Assembly: GCA_964521165.1 (NCBI GenBank)
Contig: CAZFRA010000002.1
Coordinates: 66,320 to 130,319, forward strand
Direction: 5' to 3'
Length of the DNA stretch: 64,000 nucleotides
From: an uncultured Lachnospiraceae bacterium
Lineage (GTDB): Bacteria > Bacillota > Clostridia > Christensenellales > UBA1242
Shown here: in pieces, positions 37,243 through 46,067 of the stretch
Layout: each line of letters opens with the position of its first letter
How positions within the stretch are numbered: position 1 is the first letter of the stretch
Position numbers and translations under genes: made by a program
The notes under the pieces: model-generated
Database searches by the model: none
The model's input: only the letters and a program-made list of their open reading frames with translations
What the model was told of the DNA's origin: nothing

Positions 37243-40200
37243 ATGTTTGAACTTAATAACTTTGAAAAAATAAAAATTGGTATTGCTTCACCAGAAAAGA
37301 TTAGAGAATGGTCGCACGGTGAAGTGACAAAACCTGAAACTATCAACTATAGAACGCAAAAACCAGAAAAGGACGGCCTTTTTTGCGAAAGAATTTTCGG
37401 GCCAAAAAAGGACTGGGAATGCCACTGCGGAAAGTATAAGAAAATTCGCTATCGTGGCGTAATTTGCGACAAGTGTGGTGTTGAAGTAACGCGAAGCAAG
37501 GTGCGCCGTGAAAGAATGGGGCATATTGAACTTGCTTGTCCTGTCACACACCTTTGGTATTTCCGCACTGTTCCTTCTCGTATTGGTATGCTTTTGGACC
37601 TTACTCCAAAAACTTTGGAGCAAGTAGTTTATTATATCAACTACATCGTAACAAACCCTAAAAACACTGATTTAGAATATAAGCAAATTTTAACAGACAA
37701 AGAATATCGCGACACGATTGAAAAATACGGTTATGGCAGTTTTGACGCTAGTATGGGCGCCGAAGCAATTAAAAAACTTCTTGCAGATATCGACCTTGAA
37801 AAAGAAGCAAAAGAATTGAAAGAAGAATTAAAATCTTCAAAAGGGCAAAGAAAAATTAAGGCTGCCAAAAAACTTGATGTTGTGGAATCTTTTAGGAAAA
37901 GTGGGAATAATCCAACTTGGATGGTTCTTGATGTTATTCCAGTTCTTCCACCAGACCTTCGTCCTATGGTGCCATTGGACGGCGGAAGATATGCCACAAG
38001 CGATTTGAACGATTTGTATCGTCGCGTTATTAACAGAAATAACCGTTTGAAAAAACTTATGGAACTCGGCGCTCCTGATGTCATCATCAGAAACGAAAAA
38101 AGAATGCTTCAAGAAGCAGTCGACAACCTTATCGACAACGGTAAACGTGGGAAGGCTGTTCAAGGCTCCAAGCAAAGAGATTTAAAATCGCTCTCTGCAA
38201 TGCTTAGCGGAAAACAAGGGCGTTTCAGACAAAACCTTCTTGGTAAGCGTGTTGACTATTCTGGTCGTTCGGTTATTGTTGTTGGACCAGAACTTAAAAT
38301 TTATCAATGCGGTCTTCCAAAAGAAATGGCATTGGAACTTTTCAAACCTTTCATTATGAATCGTCTTGTGGAAATGAACCTTACAAACAACATCAAAACC
38401 GCAAAACGTATGATTGAAAGAGAAAAACCAGTTGTTTGGGATATCCTTGCTGATGTCATCAAAGACCATCCAGTGCTTTTGAACCGCGCCCCAACTCTTC
38501 ACAGACTTTCTGTGCAAGCGTTTGAACCTGTGCTTGTGGAAGGAAAAGCAATCAAACTTCACCCATCTGTCTGCATCGCTTTCAACGCTGACTTCGACGG
38601 TGACCAAATGCCTGTTCACGTGCCACTTTCAATTGACGCAAGAACAGAAGCAAGAACTTTAATGCTCGCTTCCAATAACATTTTGAAACTTGCCGACGGC
38701 GAACCTGTCGTAACACCAAGCCAAGACGTTGTTTTGGGTTGCTATTATCTTACGCTTGTAAAGCCGGGCGCAAAAGGTGAAGGTAGTATTTTCGCATCAA
38801 GAAATGAAATGATTTATGCTTACCAAACCAAAAATCTCGACCTTCAAGCAGAATGTCAAGTTAGACTCACCAAGGAACATAACGGAAAAACTTATTCAAA
38901 GCGCGTGACGACAACTGTTGGACGAATTTTGTTTAACAACATCATTCCGCAAGACCTTGGCTATGTTGACAGAACAATTGAAGATAATATTTGCGAATTG
39001 GAAATCAACAAACCTGTCAAGAAGGGTGAACTTAAAAACCTTGTTGCAGATGTATATAACAAATATGGCACAACAAAAACTTCCATTTTGGTGGATAACC
39101 TTAAAGAAGTTGGATATAAATATTCCACACTCGCTTCCGTTTCTGTCAATATTTACGACATTAACGAACCAAAAGAAAAAGCGGAAATTTTGAAAGAAGC
39201 AGAAGCACAAGTTTTGGAAAATGAAAAATTGTTGGCAAGAGGTCTTATTACGTTAAACGAAAAACTCGACGCTAACATTGAAATTTGGAACCGTGCTGTT
39301 AACAAAGTTACCGATACCGTTGTTAAATCTCTCGACGTCTTCAATCCATTTAGTTTGATGGTGCTTTCGGGCGCGCGTGGTAACACAACCCAACTTAACA
39401 ATGACTGTGGTATGATTGGTATTAAGTCGACTGCATCAGCAGCCAAGAACGACACAGCAATCAAATCATCTTTCCGTCAAGGGTTAACTCCGATTGAATA
39501 CTTCATCAACTCTCGTGGTTCAAGAAAAGGTTTGTCGGATACCGCTCTTAAAACCGCTGACTCAGGTTATTTGACTCGTCGTCTTGTCGATGTTGCACAA
39601 GATGTTGTTGTTACAACCGAAGACTGCTTTGCTGATAATAACGAAAAAGTTAAGGGTGTTATTGTTACTGAACTCGTTTCTGACGGTTTTATTCAAGAAT
39701 CTTTGGACGAAAGAATCTATGGCCGTGTTGCTGTTGAAGATATCGTAAATCCAAAAACTCACGAAGTTATTGTTAAGGCAAACGAAATGATAACCAAAGA
39801 ACAATCCAAAGCAGTTGTTAATGCTGGAATCAAAGAAGTGGAAATCCGTTCACTTATCACTTGCCGCTGCAAACACGGCGTTTGCGCAAAATGCTATGGA
39901 AGAAATATGGCTGGTAAGAATATGGTAAAACTTGGTGAAGCAGTTGGCATTATTGCTGCTCAATCCATCGGCGAACCGGGCACGCAACTTACGATGAGAA
40001 CTTTCCACACTGGTGGTTCTGCAGTTGCTGCCGATATCACTCAAGGTCTTCCAAGAGTTGAAGAAATCTTTGAAGCAAGAAAACCAAAAGGTGAGTGCTT
40101 GCTTTCTGAAGTTGCCGGTCAAGTTAAAATCAAAGAAGATGCCAAAAACTATATCATCACAATCATCACAGGTGATGGCGATGTGGACTATGAAGTGCGT

Positions 40201-40773
40201 AAACCTGCTGTTTTGAAAGTTAAGGATGGAGATAGGGTTGAACCGGGCACACAACTCACTGCCGGCGCAATCTATCCAGCTGACCTTTTGAGAACAAAAG
40301 GGCTCAAAGGTTTGGAACAGTACCTTCTTTCCGAAGTTATCAGGGTATATCGTGGGCAAGACGTTAAGGTGAACGATAAACATATCGAAATTATCATACG
40401 TCAAATGCTTAAAAAAGTTAAGATTGAAGATGCGGGCGACACTGACCTTCTCACCGGCGAAATGGTTGATATCTCCAAGTGCGACGAAGAAAACGAAAAA
40501 GCACTTCGCGAAGGTGGCAGACCAGCAATCGCAAGAAGAATGTTGCTCGGTATAACAAGGGCGGCTCTTATGACCGAATCCTTCCTTTCCTCTTCTTCTT
40601 TCCAAGAGACTTCAAGAGTTCTCACCGATGCCGCATTAAAGGGTAAAGTCGACAATCTTGTTGGTATTAAAGAAAATGTTATCATCGGAAAACTTATCCC
40701 AGCAGGCACAGGGCTGAAAAGATACCGTTCAGTCGTTCCTGTTAAAGTGGAAAATGACGAAGAAGCAATATAA
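37243..40773 (+). CDS. rpoC: DNA-directed RNA polymerase subunit beta'
   Basis: 1,176 aa. The zinc motif is [23 protein letters not shown]. The catalytic NADFDGDQM is present. Trigger-loop and bridge-helix regions are recognisable. Confidence 0.98.
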   Translation: MFELNNFEKIKIGIASPEKIREWSHGEVTKPETINYRTQKPEKDGLFCERIFGPKKDWECHCGKYKKIRYRGVICDKCGVEVTRSKVRRERMGHIELACPVTHLWYFRTVPSRIGMLLDLTPKTLEQVVYYINYIVTNPKNTDLEYKQILTDKEYRDTIEKYGYGSFDASMGAEAIKKLLADIDLEKEAKELKEELKSSKGQRKIKAAKKLDVVESFRKSGNNPTWMVLDVIPVLPPDLRPMVPLDGGRYATSDLNDLYRRVINRNNRLKKLMELGAPDVIIRNEKRMLQEAVDNLIDNGKRGKAVQGSKQRDLKSLSAMLSGKQGRFRQNLLGKRVDYSGRSVIVVGPELKIYQCGLPKEMALELFKPFIMNRLVEMNLTNNIKTAKRMIEREKPVVWDILADVIKDHPVLLNRAPTLHRLSVQAFEPVLVEGKAIKLHPSVCIAFNADFDGDQMPVHVPLSIDARTEARTLMLASNNILKLADGEPVVTPSQDVVLGCYYLTLVKPGAKGEGSIFASRNEMIYAYQTKNLDLQAECQVRLTKEHNGKTYSKRVTTTVGRILFNNIIPQDLGYVDRTIEDNICELEINKPVKKGELKNLVADVYNKYGTTKTSILVDNLKEVGYKYSTLASVSVNIYDINEPKEKAEILKEAEAQVLENEKLLARGLITLNEKLDANIEIWNRAVNKVTDTVVKSLDVFNPFSLMVLSGARGNTTQLNNDCGMIGIKSTASAAKNDTAIKSSFRQGLTPIEYFINSRGSRKGLSDTALKTADSGYLTRRLVDVAQDVVVTTEDCFADNNEKVKGVIVTELVSDGFIQESLDERIYGRVAVEDIVNPKTHEVIVKANEMITKEQSKAVVNAGIKEVEIRSLITCRCKHGVCAKCYGRNMAGKNMVKLGEAVGIIAAQSIGEPGTQLTMRTFHTGGSAVAADITQGLPRVEEIFEARKPKGECLLSEVAGQVKIKEDAKNYIITIITGDGDVDYEVRKPAVLKVKDGDRVEPGTQLTAGAIYPADLLRTKGLKGLEQYLLSEVIRVYRGQDVKVNDKHIEIIIRQMLKKVKIEDAGDTDLLTGEMVDISKCDEENEKALREGGRPAIARRMLLGITRAALMTESFLSSSSFQETSRVLTDAALKGKVDNLVGIKENVIIGKLIPAGTGLKRYRSVVPVKVENDEEAI

Positions 40774-40780
40774 CTTAAAA

Positions 40781-40808
40781 AATAACTCTTTTTTAGAGTT
40801 ATTTTTTT
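40781..40808 (+). terminator. Intrinsic terminator of rpoC
   Basis: AATAACTCT-ttttt-AGAGTTATT forms a 9-bp stem followed by a T-run. Confidence 0.8.
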
Positions 40809-40904
40809 AATAAAACTTGAAAATTTATCTATATTATGTTATACTAAAAATGCAAAGATTATTGATTGCCAAGAATTCAATAATAAAATTAAAAAAGGGG
40901 GATT

Positions 40905-41489
40905 ATGGAAACAAAAATTTTAAAATTAACTTCATTAGATGCGGAAAAATATCCTGATATTAAAGTTGAATGTAAAATGGTGAACGACATCCAAGCATAT
41001 GCTGAAGCATTTATTACATACCAAAAAGAAAGAGGTGTGAATGTTAAAACTGCAAAAAAAACCGCATTGGTTTCTGCAAGAGTTGGTGAAATTGGCGAAG
41101 AAGTTGACACAAGACCAAGAGTTTCAAGAGATGACAAAATTTATGTTATCGGTGAAACAAAAGGTAAAGTAAAAGTTGAAGGTAGTATGATTGTTAAAAA
41201 TCCAGACGGAGAAGAATATATCGTTAAACCTGATAAATTTGCTTCAAAATATAAAGAAACTGAAACACCGGGAGTTTATGCTTCAACTGACAAACCTATT
41301 AAATATATTGAATTAACTGAAGATATATGTTTTATGGCTCCTTGGGGTGAAATGATGTTTGGACTTAAAGGCGCTTGTTTGAATGTTACAAATATTGCGG
41401 AAGGTGATGTTTATGCTATTCAAAACGAAGCATTTGATAAAACATACACAGATGTTTTAACTTCTACAAAAGACGAAAAAACTATGTAA
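40905..41489 (+). CDS. Hypothetical protein (194 aa) with two repeats of a beta-rich G-[ED]-x-Y-x-[IV]-x(3,4)-F-x(2)-Y module
   Basis: AAGGGGG SD. The repeated pattern is VKNPDGEEYIVKPDKFASKY and IAEGDVYAIQNEAFDKTY. It is reminiscent of PGDYG-type small domains, but I cannot confirm this. Confidence 0.55.
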   Translation: METKILKLTSLDAEKYPDIKVECKMVNDIQAYAEAFITYQKERGVNVKTAKKTALVSARVGEIGEEVDTRPRVSRDDKIYVIGETKGKVKVEGSMIVKNPDGEEYIVKPDKFASKYKETETPGVYASTDKPIKYIELTEDICFMAPWGEMMFGLKGACLNVTNIAEGDVYAIQNEAFDKTYTDVLTSTKDEKTM

Positions 41490-41503
41490 CTTAATTCTAC
41501 CAT

Positions 41504-41536
41504 AAAAAAATGATGCAAATTCGCATCATTTTTTTT
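41504..41536 (+). terminator. Intrinsic terminator
   Basis: AAAAAAATGATGC-aaattc-GCATCATTTTTTTT. Confidence 0.75.
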
Positions 41537-41676
41537 GATTCTAAATCTTTTATATTCCATAAATCAGATATAGCAATGGAAATTTATATAATAACTTGTA
41601 AACATTATGATACATTAACAACTTAAGGGATTTAGAGTTAAATTTATTCTTAAATAAAAAATATTGACTTATAAAG

Positions 41677-41705
41677 TTGAAAAAATTAAAAATTGCGTTT
41701 ATAAT
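41677..41705 (+). promoter_or_regulatory. Promoter TTGAAA-17-TATAAT ending 6 nt before the DUF488 ATG
   Basis: TTGAAA at 41677-41682 and TATAAT at 41700-41705. The ATG is at 41712 and there is no SD. Confidence 0.5.
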
Positions 41706-41711
41706 AGTGGT

Positions 41712-42269
41712 ATGATATTTTCAATAGGTTATGCGGGAACTAGTATTGGAAGGTTTATACAGATTCTCAGAGAGAATAAGATTTCGCTTTTGATTGATGT
41801 TAGAAGTTTACCTAAGAGTAAATATTTTAAAGACTTCAACAATAATGGCTTAAAATTTTCTTTGTCAAAATTTGGTATTAGATATGAGAACTGGAAAAAT
41901 GAATTTGGTGCGAGACAAGACAATTTAGAGTTTTATACAAACTCCATTTTAGACTACGAAAAATTTGCTCAAAGTGAGCAGTTTCAAAGTGGAATTTTAA
42001 AGTTGAAAGATTTATATAAACAAAGTGGCAATGTTTGTTTGATATGTGCAGAAGTAGACCCTATAAATTGTCATCGAGCAATTCTTTGTGCTAAAGAAAT
42101 CTATGTAAACGATATGAAAGTTATTCACATCATTGCAAAAAGAAATGGTGAAACATATTTTGAAAGCCAAGAAGATTTTGAAAAGAGATTATTGCATAAA
42201 ACGAAGACGAACAATTTAATAGATGCCTATCGTAGACAAAATAGAAAAATTAGCTGTAAACTAACTTGA
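41712..42269 (+). CDS. DUF488-family protein
   Basis: MIFSIGYAGTSIGRFIQILRENKISLLIDVRSLPKSKY is the family N-terminus. ICAEVDPINCHRAIL matches the family's C-x-E...CHR motif. Start placed at M17 of the track ORF. Confidence 0.8.
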   Translation: MIFSIGYAGTSIGRFIQILRENKISLLIDVRSLPKSKYFKDFNNNGLKFSLSKFGIRYENWKNEFGARQDNLEFYTNSILDYEKFAQSEQFQSGILKLKDLYKQSGNVCLICAEVDPINCHRAILCAKEIYVNDMKVIHIIAKRNGETYFESQEDFEKRLLHKTKTNNLIDAYRRQNRKISCKLT

Positions 42270-42291
42270 GATGCTTGGTCAGCCCAATAGA

Positions 42292-42324
42292 GTTAATCAC
42301 AACATTATTGTGGTTAACTTTTTT
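42292..42324 (+). terminator. Intrinsic terminator of the DUF488 gene
   Basis: GTTAATCACAA-cattat-TTGTGGTTAAC forms an 11-bp stem with one G-U, followed by TTTTTT. Confidence 0.75.
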
Positions 42325-42510
42325 GTTGAAAGTTTAAGAAAAAAATATGCAGACAATTTTGCATATTTTGTCTATGAAACGAATCAGGTTAAGCTGGTAA
42401 TTTGAATATTTTATGCTATCAAGAACTAGATATGATAACTTTTTATGTAAAAAAATTAAATAGTTTGAAAGATATTCAACTATTTAATCTTTAATCTTAC
42501 ATATATAAAC

Positions 42511-43197
42511 TTATAGGTTATGAGTTGGACTTCTATCAGCCGTTTTGCCAGAAGTGTATGTATATGCCGAAAATGGTTTTGTGTTGTTTCTTGGATAAGT
42601 CTTAGCATAGTTGGACATAGCTTCGTCAAGAAAATGGGTTTTTATATCTCTTTCCCAAATTTCTTCATAAGATAAATCTCTACGCTTTGACATAGATTCT
42701 AATTGTTTAAGTAATGAAGAGTTAATATTACTACTATTAATCAAACGATATTGTTCATCTGTATAATTTAATCCTTTGGCATCAAAAACTGGAGAATAAT
42801 TAGGATTTGTTATCGCACCAAATTTTTTGCTATAAACTCCTTGAATAAGGTGTGGAGTTAAAATACTACAAGAAGATGTTTTTTCTTCTTCATCAAGATA
42901 TCCATCTTTTAATATAGGAATTACGATGTCAATTTTTCCGTCTCTATGTTGAATAGGTTGTATATAAGGTTTTGGTATTTTTACTACAAAGCATAGATTA
43001 TCATCATTGGTAAATGTAGATATTTCTTTATTTAAATTAAAGTTCTTGTCTTCATTGCAACCAATGTCATAAATATATGCACTTGAAAGTGAAGTCCCTC
43101 TAAATTTTATTCCAACATTAAAAATTTCTTCAATAGTTTTTAAAGGATCAGCCTCATTCTTTACAATTAAAAAATATCTATAGATTTGATTTGCCAT
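42511..43197 (-). CDS. Hypothetical protein (228 aa), no recognisable domain
   Basis: Start placed at MANQIYRY (43197) with GGAGG 7 nt upstream. No TM or signal peptide is evident. Confidence 0.6.
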   Translation of the reverse strand: MANQIYRYFLIVKNEADPLKTIEEIFNVGIKFRGTSLSSAYIYDIGCNEDKNFNLNKEISTFTNDDNLCFVVKIPKPYIQPIQHRDGKIDIVIPILKDGYLDEEEKTSSCSILTPHLIQGVYSKKFGAITNPNYSPVFDAKGLNYTDEQYRLINSSNINSSLLKQLESMSKRRDLSYEEIWERDIKTHFLDEAMSNYAKTYPRNNTKPFSAYTYTSGKTADRSPTHNL

Positions 43198-43350
43198 ACT
43201 TCCTCCATGCATTATATTGTAACATATAGTATAAAAAAAGTCAACCGATTTTTTAATACTATAATTACCGTATTTTTTTAGAAATTTTAATTTTTAAAAA
43301 AAAATAAATAAATTTACTTGATGTCACATTAAGGTTCGTTTTGTTTTTTC

Positions 43351-43436
43351 TGGTGCAGGTGGAGGGGGTCGAACCCTCATGAAGCTACCTTCGCAAGATT
43401 TTGAGTCTTGTGCGTCTGCCATTCCGCCACACCTGC
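43351..43436 (-). tRNA. tRNA-Leu (anticodon CAA), type II with a long variable arm, CCA encoded
   Basis: The reverse complement folds as GCAGGTG-TG-GCG-GAATGGCAGA-CGC-A-CAAGA-CTCAAAA-TCTTG-CGAAGGTAGCTTCAT-GAGGG-TTCGACC-CCCTC-CACCTGC-A-CCA. The anticodon loop CT-CAA-AA gives anticodon CAA. Confidence 0.93.
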
Positions 43437-43646
43437 ACATTTTCGCACAGAAAGTTTTTTTGCTATCTTTTAAATTTTGTTTAAATTTATTGTCTTTGTC
43501 AAACAACTTTTTCAGTTCTCTTACAGACAAAATTTTCAAAAAGTTTGAAAAAGAGCAACTTTCATCATTTATGCATTTAATATTAACATATTTAGATGTT
43601 TTTTGCAAGTGTTTTAAAGCAAATTTTATTTTTACGCCTAAAATCC

Positions 43647-43675
43647 TTGCAAAAATTGAAAATTAAAGATATAAT
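43647..43675 (+). promoter_or_regulatory. Promoter TTGCAA-17-TATAAT upstream of recJ
   Basis: TTGCAA at 43647-43652 and TATAAT at 43670-43675. A ~30-nt leader follows. Confidence 0.55.
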
Positions 43676-43706
43676 ATAAATGAAAGAAAAATTAAGGTAA
43701 AACGAA

Positions 43707-46067
43707 ATGATTTTTAAGAAATTTTTTAACCAAAATTCCGCGTTGGTCAAAGAGTATGCGGAAAAGTTCCAAGTTTTACCATCAACAATGTATCTTATTT
43801 TATCTCGTGGACTTAAAACCGAAGAAGAAATTGCTGAGTATCTTTCAATGCCAAAACTCTTGGACCCTTTTCTTATCAAAGGTATGAAGGAGTTTGTGGA
43901 GCGAATTGAACTTGCAAAGAAACTTGGCGATAGGATTTTGATTTTTGGCGACTATGATGTTGACGGAATCAGTGCCACGGCAATTATGCTCAAAACATTA
44001 AAAAAACTTGGAATTCAAGCAGATTTTTACTTACCAAACCGTTATGTTGACGGTTATGGTTTATCGTGCGATGTTATTAACAAGATTGAAAAGAAGTTCT
44101 GTCCAGATCTTATCATCACGGTAGACTGCGGAATTTCTTGCTATAAGGAAGTCGAATATGCGAAGTCAAAAGGGATTGAAATCATCATCACCGACCACCA
44201 CGAAATTCCAGAGCAAATTCCCGACACTCTTGTTTTGAACGCGAAAATTAAGGGACAGGATTATCCTTTTACGGAAATTTGCGGAACCGGAATGGCGTAT
44301 AAGATAAGCGAAGCGCTTTTGGGGCAGAAAAAAGCGGAAGAATTTTTGCCTATTGCCACCATTGCCACCATTGCGGATATTGTTTCTTTAACTGGCGAAA
44401 ACCGCAACATAATTAAACGCGGTTTTCAATGTTTTGATAAGTTGCCGACTGGATTAAAACAACTTTTCAAAGACAACAAAGTTTCTATTTCAAATCCGAA
44501 CGCGACTGATATTGCCTTTAAAATTTCACCTAAAATCAATTCATCTGGCAGAATGGGGCACGCGGAAGACAGTTTGATGTTGTATTTAAGCGAAAATCCA
44601 GTGGAGATTCGCAAATATCTCAATAAAATTACAGAACATAATTCAAAACGTCAAGAACTTTCTGCAAAAATTATGGAAGATTGTGAAATAGCGATAAAGA
44701 AAATGGATTTATCCAAAACTCGCGTCATTACTCTCGCTTCTAAAAAGTGGGACCAAGGCGTTTTGGGTATTGCTTGTTCCAGACTTGTGGAAGAATATAA
44801 CAGACCGGTCTTTCTCTTTTCGCAGGTTGGCGATACCTTACACGGCTCAGGGCGCAGCATCGACGACATCAACATCCACGAACTACTTTCTTCTATGAGC
44901 GACATTTTGGAAACATTCGGCGGGCACACAATGGCGGCAGGATTGACGCTGAAAAGAAACAAGTATGAAGAGTTTTCAAACAGAGTGAATGCTTTTGTTT
45001 TTGAGCATATCAATGATAAAGTTTTTTTACCAATCAAATATTATGACCTTGATGTGAAGTTGGAAGAAATCGATGAGAGATTTTTGAAAGAACTCAAACT
45101 TTTAGAACCATTCGGCTGCGACAATCCAAAACCAAAATTCAAAATAACTGCCGAAAATGTTAATATACAACCAATGCGCTTCAATCCACTTCATTCCAAC
45201 ATTGAAATCGGTGATTTGGAACTTGCATATTTTAATTTTTACAAGAACTACCATTCTCTTTTCTTTTCGAGATATAAGTCCTTTATTTTTGAATTTCAAG
45301 AAAACGACAAGAAGGGAATGATAGCAGATTTTGATGCAGGAAGTTTTATTATCGATAATGCGCATATGTTCACATATCCAATCCAATTCGAACAATTTTT
45401 ATATGACGAAGATGCAGTAAGTTTTTCTTTCTATCCAGAAAGCGACCTTTTGAATTTTGTGGCGGGCACGCAGGGCGGAATTTACGGCATTTGTTTCGTG
45501 ACTTATTCGGCGTATGAATTTGTCAACTTTCTCAAAAACTATACCAAGGATAATCTGTCTCATATTGGCATTTATGACGAAAACTGCATAGGTTATAACA
45601 GTCTTCTTCTTTCGCCACGCGGTGTGGAATGGGCGAAAAATTTCAACAAAATCGTCTTTCTTTCGCCAGTGCTTGACAGTGGATACATTTCCGAAATTCA
45701 AAAGATATCCAATGCGGAAATATACCTTCCGATAAACGCCAAAGAAGACAAAAATCGCTTTAACAACATAAGTTTATCGCGCGAGAGTTTTGGCAGAGTG
45801 TTTAAAGCACTGACATCCAAAACCGGCAGTTATTATTCGCCAATCGACTTCTATGAAGCGAAACTAAAAGGTAAAGTTTCGTTCGACACCTTTTATGTCG
45901 CTTTTTTAACTTTCAAGGAACTTGGCTTAATTCAAAAGGCAGACGACAATTATTTTTCTTATTTAGAAGTAAAAAATGTGAAAAAACCTTTGACATCTTC
46001 TAAATTTTATAATAAATTATTATTAGTAAAGAATTCATGGGGTAAGAATGAAAGAAATAACCATTGA
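43707..46067 (+). CDS. recJ: Single-stranded-DNA-specific exonuclease RecJ
   Basis: DHH-family motifs are ILIFGDYDVDGISA, ITVDCGI and IIITDHHE. The DHHA1 motif is GGHTMAAG. Confidence 0.92.
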   Translation: MIFKKFFNQNSALVKEYAEKFQVLPSTMYLILSRGLKTEEEIAEYLSMPKLLDPFLIKGMKEFVERIELAKKLGDRILIFGDYDVDGISATAIMLKTLKKLGIQADFYLPNRYVDGYGLSCDVINKIEKKFCPDLIITVDCGISCYKEVEYAKSKGIEIIITDHHEIPEQIPDTLVLNAKIKGQDYPFTEICGTGMAYKISEALLGQKKAEEFLPIATIATIADIVSLTGENRNIIKRGFQCFDKLPTGLKQLFKDNKVSISNPNATDIAFKISPKINSSGRMGHAEDSLMLYLSENPVEIRKYLNKITEHNSKRQELSAKIMEDCEIAIKKMDLSKTRVITLASKKWDQGVLGIACSRLVEEYNRPVFLFSQVGDTLHGSGRSIDDINIHELLSSMSDILETFGGHTMAAGLTLKRNKYEEFSNRVNAFVFEHINDKVFLPIKYYDLDVKLEEIDERFLKELKLLEPFGCDNPKPKFKITAENVNIQPMRFNPLHSNIEIGDLELAYFNFYKNYHSLFFSRYKSFIFEFQENDKKGMIADFDAGSFIIDNAHMFTYPIQFEQFLYDEDAVSFSFYPESDLLNFVAGTQGGIYGICFVTYSAYEFVNFLKNYTKDNLSHIGIYDENCIGYNSLLLSPRGVEWAKNFNKIVFLSPVLDSGYISEIQKISNAEIYLPINAKEDKNRFNNISLSRESFGRVFKALTSKTGSYYSPIDFYEAKLKGKVSFDTFYVAFLTFKELGLIQKADDNYFSYLEVKNVKKPLTSSKFYNKLLLVKNSWGKNERNNH

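Noticed and set aside
33624-40709. Numerous 60-250-aa antisense or out-of-frame ORFs inside rpoB and rpoC, for example 39850-40605 (-, 251 aa). The same occurs inside uvrA, pnp, recJ and the giant genes.
   Set aside because: They lie fully inside strongly conserved genes on the opposite strand or in another frame. They have no SD and a skewed composition typical of shadow ORFs.
40809-43350. Calling the rpoC/tRNA-Leu islet, or the 59.8-61.8 kb islet, a bona fide mobile element
   Set aside because: There is no integrase, recombinase or transposase gene. I could find no direct repeat of the tRNA 3' end at the distal boundary. They are reported only as compositionally odd islets.
43324-43666. 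94-aa (-) and 95-aa (+) ORFs in the track
   Set aside because: They run straight through tRNA-Leu(CAA) and AT-rich intergenic DNA. They have no SD and a low-complexity translation, so they are spurious.
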